Source of the DNA: Phycisphaerae bacterium
Lineage (GTDB): Bacteria; Planctomycetota; Phycisphaerae; UBA1845; Fen-1342
NCBI GenBank assembly: GCA_050115495.1
Contig: JASFQK010000007.1
Span: forward strand, 1-64,000
Direction of reading: 5' to 3'
DNA: 64,000 nt
In this document: one piece after another, positions 60,241-64,000 of the stretch
Numbering within the stretch: the first letter of the stretch is position 1
How the letters are laid out: each line of letters begins with the position of its first letter
Notes under the pieces: model-generated
Database searches by the model: none
Seen by the model: the letters and a program-made list of their open reading frames with translations, nothing else
What the model was told of the DNA's origin: nothing
Position numbers and translations under genes: made by a program

Positions 60241-60545
60241 ATTAGCAGAGGCTCGGTAACCGCTCGCCGACGCGGGGTGTTAAAGACGCGCCCTACGGCG
60301 TGAACCTCGGACGGCCGGCGGTATATATGCCCTGGCAGGCAAACGGTCACTCCAGCAGGCACGCTTACAGCAACGGCGTGATGCGGGTTCATGCTCACCT
60401 CAGCCAAGGCAGCCTCGCCCGGGACAGTGTCCGCGCTTATCATAGCGGGCGCTGCCCGGTGCGCGGGGTCGCGAGGGTGAGCTTGACCGTTTGCCCGTGA
60501 CCTTTAGCGCATCGGGTGGCGCCCGTTTCCTTTTGGTGCCATCAG
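60241..60545 (+). ncRNA. Candidate structured non-coding RNA or long structured leader (family not recognised)
   Basis: Begins at the predicted TSS; nested stems 60277-85/60502-10, 60338-49/60484-95 (12 bp perfect), 60393-401/60473-82, 60419-34/60445-59; 3' hairpin 60515-23/60535-43; G-U pairs favour the + strand. Confidence 0.55.
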
Positions 60546-60720
60546 CTTTCGACGTTCCGCCGTCCCCAACGGCGTCGCCACCCCTGCGCGCCAATGCCGG
60601 GCGGGCCGTGCCCGCCAATCGCGAATCCGTCCGAACACCCGCGGCGGCCACGGCCCACCCTACATGGTGCGGAGGCAACGCCGCGGTCGAAGACCGGGGT
60701 CATGGCGTGGAGGAGTGCCC

Positions 60721-61254
60721 ATGCTCGACCGGATCCATACCCGCGCCGGCGACGGCCTGATGCTGACCTTCCCCTACGTCAGTGGCAACGACAACGTCCC
60801 CGCCACACTCGAATTCTGGACGGCCCACGTCGCCCGCGACCTCCTGCAACTCGCCGTCCACTTCCGCGCCCTCGGCATCCTGGGCGAAATCCCCGGCGGA
60901 GCCCGCTATCAAGGCCTCGACTACGGTCGCGGTAAAGACCTCCCCGAAAGCGCCCCCCCGTGCTTCTGGCTGCGCCCCGTCGACCGCCAGACGCGGTTGA
61001 ACGTTCTGGCCGAGTGCCTGCGGCGATTGAACGCACGCGAGGTGTTCACCCGCATTCGTGAAACACACGACTACCGCCCGCAGACGCTGCCGGGCAAGTG
61101 GACCGCCTACCTGGACCGGCACGCCGCGATTAAGGGCGGGTTGCTGACGGTGGTCGCCTGTTGCATCGACATACTGGTCGTCGAGCCGGGGTTGGAGGAA
61201 ATCGAGCTGCGGGCGACGTGGTGGCAACGGTGGTGGGCACACACGAACGAATAG
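60721..61254 (+). CDS. Hypothetical protein (177 aa)
   Basis: RBS GGAGGAG before ATG; no family recognised. Confidence 0.7.
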   Translation: MLDRIHTRAGDGLMLTFPYVSGNDNVPATLEFWTAHVARDLLQLAVHFRALGILGEIPGGARYQGLDYGRGKDLPESAPPCFWLRPVDRQTRLNVLAECLRRLNAREVFTRIRETHDYRPQTLPGKWTAYLDRHAAIKGGLLTVVACCIDILVVEPGLEEIELRATWWQRWWAHTNE

Positions 61255-61315
61255 GACGAGCCCACCAAATTCGTCGCCGAACCGGAGAAGCTCATCACAA
61301 CAGAGGACGAACACT

Positions 61316-62035
61316 ATGACCGCACCGACCACACGCCACGACAACGAAAACGCCGCAGAACGGGCCGTGCCCGCCGGCGGCGACACGCCGGAAACGCCCG
61401 GCCCTGCGCCGACCGACACGGACGCCTTCGCCCTGACGGCGTTGCTCCACGATCTCCAACCACACCCCGAACTCGACCTGCCGACGATGGCCTATCATCT
61501 CCATCAATCCGACGCCACCGCCGCCGACGGCTACGGCCACGCGGCCATCAACGAGGCCCGTTCCGCTCTCGAAGCCCTCATCGTCAGCATCGCCCGCACC
61601 ATCTGCCACGGCGTGACAGATAGCACCGGTCTTCGCCTCCGCGAACGTATCCAGGCCGGCAGCACGTTCCGCACACACCGCCGCTGTCTGATGGACGCCG
61701 GCTTCATCGACATCGACGAAAACGAACTGCTGCAATACGTCTACAGCATAGCCAGCGCCCGAGGCAGCCATTACGGCGTAACCGACGACGCCTGGACCCG
61801 CCTGGCCCGGCGAATCGTCTTCATCGTCGGCCAGCACTTCACACAGCGTTACACCATCTGGAAGCAAAACGGCCGCCAGCCGGCGTCGCTTCCCACCAAC
61901 CACCCCCAGCCGGCGTCACGCTCCTGGCCCGCGCGCCTCCTCGCCACCCTCCTGCCCCGCCGACAACCACCCCCAACGCCCCCCATCTCCACCAGGAGAT
62001 CAACCCGCCGCAAACGCGCGAACGCACGCACGTAG
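61316..62035 (+). CDS. Hypothetical alpha-helical protein, weak resemblance to HEPN/Abi_C-like domains
   Basis: RBS GAGGA; AAINEARSALEAL ... SIASARGSH pattern; disordered termini. Confidence 0.6.
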   Translation: MTAPTTRHDNENAAERAVPAGGDTPETPGPAPTDTDAFALTALLHDLQPHPELDLPTMAYHLHQSDATAADGYGHAAINEARSALEALIVSIARTICHGVTDSTGLRLRERIQAGSTFRTHRRCLMDAGFIDIDENELLQYVYSIASARGSHYGVTDDAWTRLARRIVFIVGQHFTQRYTIWKQNGRQPASLPTNHPQPASRSWPARLLATLLPRRQPPPTPPISTRRSTRRKRANART

Positions 62036-62049
62036 GGCGCCGCGCGGCG

Positions 62050-62494
62050 GTCGACGTCGGCCACGGGGGGCCGACGCTACGGGACGGCTGGCACGGAGAC
62101 CGGCCGCTACGGAAGACGTCCGACACGCCGCAAACGCGCGAATCGACAAACATAGGGCGGCCCGTGCCCGCCAATAGGCAACAGAACCCGCCAGAATCCG
62201 CCAGAACCTAGCATTCCTAGGATTCCCCTTTGCTTCTCTCCCGAAGCGCGTCTATCTTTCACGTGCTCACGCAGTTCCCGGGCCCGCCTTGACGGACCCT
62301 CGGCCTTCGGAGCCAGGACGTCGATCGAAACGTTGTAGCACGGCTAACCCCGTGTGGTCGGCGACCAAACCCCGAAGACGGATCGTCTCGTGACCCGTGC
62401 GTCGGCGGAGCACCTTGCCGATCGTCGTCGGCCTGTAGCGGCCGGTCTCCGTGCCGGCCGTCCGTAGCGTCGGCCCCCCGTGGCCGACGTCGAC
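62050..62494. repeat. Pair of ~60-bp inverted repeats built from GTAG-type REP-like units
   Basis: 62050-62110 is the reverse complement of 62435-62494 apart from one substitution and one indel. Confidence 0.85.
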
Positions 62495-62707
62495 TGCCGG
62501 CGACCGTTCACCTCGGTGAACACGGCAACGGTGCTCAGAGGACGTCGCTCGCATCGGCGAACGCCAGGACGCGGCTGCCTGCACGGAACCGCCCCCTCGC
62601 GGTCACTCAGCGCAGCACCGGAGCGGATCTTTGACAATCGAGTATGCCCCATTCGCCGCGCGGGCGGCCGATCCAGGACGCCCGCGCGCCAGAGCGAAAG
62701 CGGACAC

Positions 62708-62870
62708 AGGGGCAAAGGGGCAGAGGAGCAAAGGAGCAGAGGGAGGGCGATCGGCCCCCGACCGCTCTGCTGCCTCGGCACTCTGAGTGGAGCCGAAGGG
62801 GCTGCCTCCGGCTCAGGGCTCAAGGCTCACGGCTTGTGGCTGACGGCTGACGGCTGATGGCTGATGGCTT
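62708..62870. repeat. Short tandem repeats: 8-mer GG(G/A)GCA(A/G)A and 7-mer GGCTGA(C/T)
   Basis: ggggcaaa-ggggcaga-ggagcaaa-ggagcaga; ggctgac-ggctgac-ggctgat-ggctgat. Confidence 0.7.
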
Positions 62871-62914
62871 CGCGAAGACGTCCGGTATGGAGCTCGGACG
62901 CTACGGCGTTCGCC

Positions 62915-62944
62915 GCACTGGTGGACAAGCCACCAGTGGCACCC
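62915..62944. repeat. Further copy of the CACTGGTGG...CCACCAGTG palindrome
   Basis: GCACTGGTGGACAAGCCACCAGTGGCACCC is the reverse complement of 53981-54010 with one mismatch. Confidence 0.8.
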
Positions 62945-63010
62945 AGTGTTCGCCGGCGGTGGCACGCGAGTTGCCGAGCGCGCAACGCCTCGTTGCCTCG
63001 TTGCCTCCCC

Positions 63011-63640
63011 CTACTCAGCCCACAACCCGCCCGTCTCGCGCAGCCACGCCACAATGCAGTCGGCGGCGTCGGCGACGTTGTCGTGCGAAATGTCCAGCTC
63101 CAGCGTCGGCAGGAGCGAACTCGCCGCCAGTTGGCGGAGGGCCTCCTGCTCGGCGATGAAAACCGACAGATCGTCGTACTGCGACGGGCGGCCGGAGATC
63201 TTGAGGCGGGCGGCGCGGGCTGTCGGGAAGGAGGCCGGTTCGCGCGTGCAGAGCACCAGGCGGAAGCCCAGGGCCGAGAGCCGCTCTTCCAGCCAGGTGA
63301 AGTCGAACGCCGTATCGTGCACGCGCTGCTGGTAGGCCTGCGTGGACAGGTGGAAGCGATCGACAATCCACGAGTAATACGGCAGCAGCTCGAACAGGTG
63401 CAGCCACGTGCGGTACGTCTCCATCGCCCGCTCGGCCTCATCGGGGGCGAAGTTGATGAGGCCGCGGCCCCACGGCGTGTTCGTAAACCCGCACCACTCG
63501 GCGGACACCAGCGGCGAGTGATAGCGGTAACGGCGTGGCCCGACGAACCCCGGATGCTCGTTCAGGCGGAAGGCGATCTCCGTCTTGAGCGTCAGCCGCG
63601 TGCCTTCGAGGATGATCTTCGGGCAGAGTTTCGACCCCAT
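63011..63640 (-). CDS. Hypothetical protein, NMP/thymidylate-kinase-like fold with degenerate P-loop
   Basis: KIILEGTRLTLKT and WIVDRFHLS resemble dTMP-kinase motifs; directly downstream of glgP. Confidence 0.6.
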   Translation of the reverse strand: MGSKLCPKIILEGTRLTLKTEIAFRLNEHPGFVGPRRYRYHSPLVSAEWCGFTNTPWGRGLINFAPDEAERAMETYRTWLHLFELLPYYSWIVDRFHLSTQAYQQRVHDTAFDFTWLEERLSALGFRLVLCTREPASFPTARAARLKISGRPSQYDDLSVFIAEQEALRQLAASSLLPTLELDISHDNVADAADCIVAWLRETGGLWAE

Positions 63641-63647
63641 GGCCACC

Positions 63648-64000
63648 TCACCGCCGACTCGGCAGGTAATAATCCCGCACGTACTCGGCGACCATGTGGT
63701 GGGTGTTGAACTGGCCGCAGACGGTGCGCATCGAGCGCAGCATGCGCTGAATCCAGCGGCGGGGCAGGTTCTCACGGTCACGCTCGTAGAAGAGCGGGAC
63801 GATCTCGCGTTCGAGGAGATCGTATAGCGCGTCGGCGTCGGCGCGATCGCGGGCGGTCTTGCTCTTCGCCGGCCCGCCGACGATGGCCCAGCCGTTGGCG
63901 TGGTCGAACGCCTCGGGCCACCAGCCGTCGAGGATCGAGCAGTTGAGGCCGCCGTGCAGGGGCGGTTTCATGCCGCTGGTGCCGGAGGCCTCCTGCGGGC
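63648..64000 (-). CDS. glgP: Alpha-glucan (glycogen) phosphorylase, C-terminal part (runs off the window)
   Basis: EASGTSGMK PLP-lysine motif, LNCSILDGWW, NGWAI, FNTHHMVAEY. Confidence 0.9.
   Translation of the reverse strand, partial: PQEASGTSGMKPPLHGGLNCSILDGWWPEAFDHANGWAIVGGPAKSKTARDRADADALYDLLEREIVPLFYERDRENLPRRWIQRMLRSMRTVCGQFNTHHMVAEYVRDYYLPSRR

Noticed and set aside
60162..60500. Short ORFs overlapping the candidate RNA (60162-60443 minus, 60300-60500 plus)
   Set aside because: No clear RBS, no recognisable protein features, and atypical codon pattern
60241..60545. Retron msr/msd, tmRNA, RNase P, SRP or 6S identity for the structured region
   Set aside because: No RT gene nearby and none of the hallmark terminal or core motifs was recognised; left unassigned

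Overview
GC-rich bacterial window, probably Planctomycetota (class Phycisphaerae). This is inferred from C-terminal dockerin-like 'GDxNxDGxVDxxD' domains, CxxCGYNLRGL...CPEC membrane proteins, a Gfo/HEAT/DUF1080 cluster and REP-like palindromes; no marker gene is present. Contents in order: peptide uptake and proteolysis genes (OPT transporter, tricorn S41, S8 subtilase); an NAD-reducing group 3d [NiFe] hydrogenase operon (hypA-hypB-hoxF-U-Y-H-W plus a receiver-only response regulator); metabolic genes (pyrC, Hcy methyltransferase, ada, PAC2, O-methyltransferase, URO-D family, sugar isomerase); a tandem array of eight diverged paralogous Zn-ribbon membrane proteins (31.8-39.7 kb); a Gfo/HEAT/PA14-DUF1080 glycoside cluster; and alpha-glucan genes (GH13, glgB, partial glgP). 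Between glgB and glgP lies an accessory block: a beta-helix protein, an XRE-type HTH gene, a divergent perfect sigma70 promoter followed by a ~300-nt highly structured non-coding region, two orphan ORFs and many REP-like repeats. The two strongest candidates for undescribed biology are the HTH/promoter/structured-RNA/orphan-ORF module (59.9-62.0 kb) and the eight-gene paralog array. No CRISPR array, tRNA, rRNA, integrase or transposase was recognised. All family calls come from motif recognition by eye, not database searches; several starts were moved from the ORF track to RBS-supported codons.
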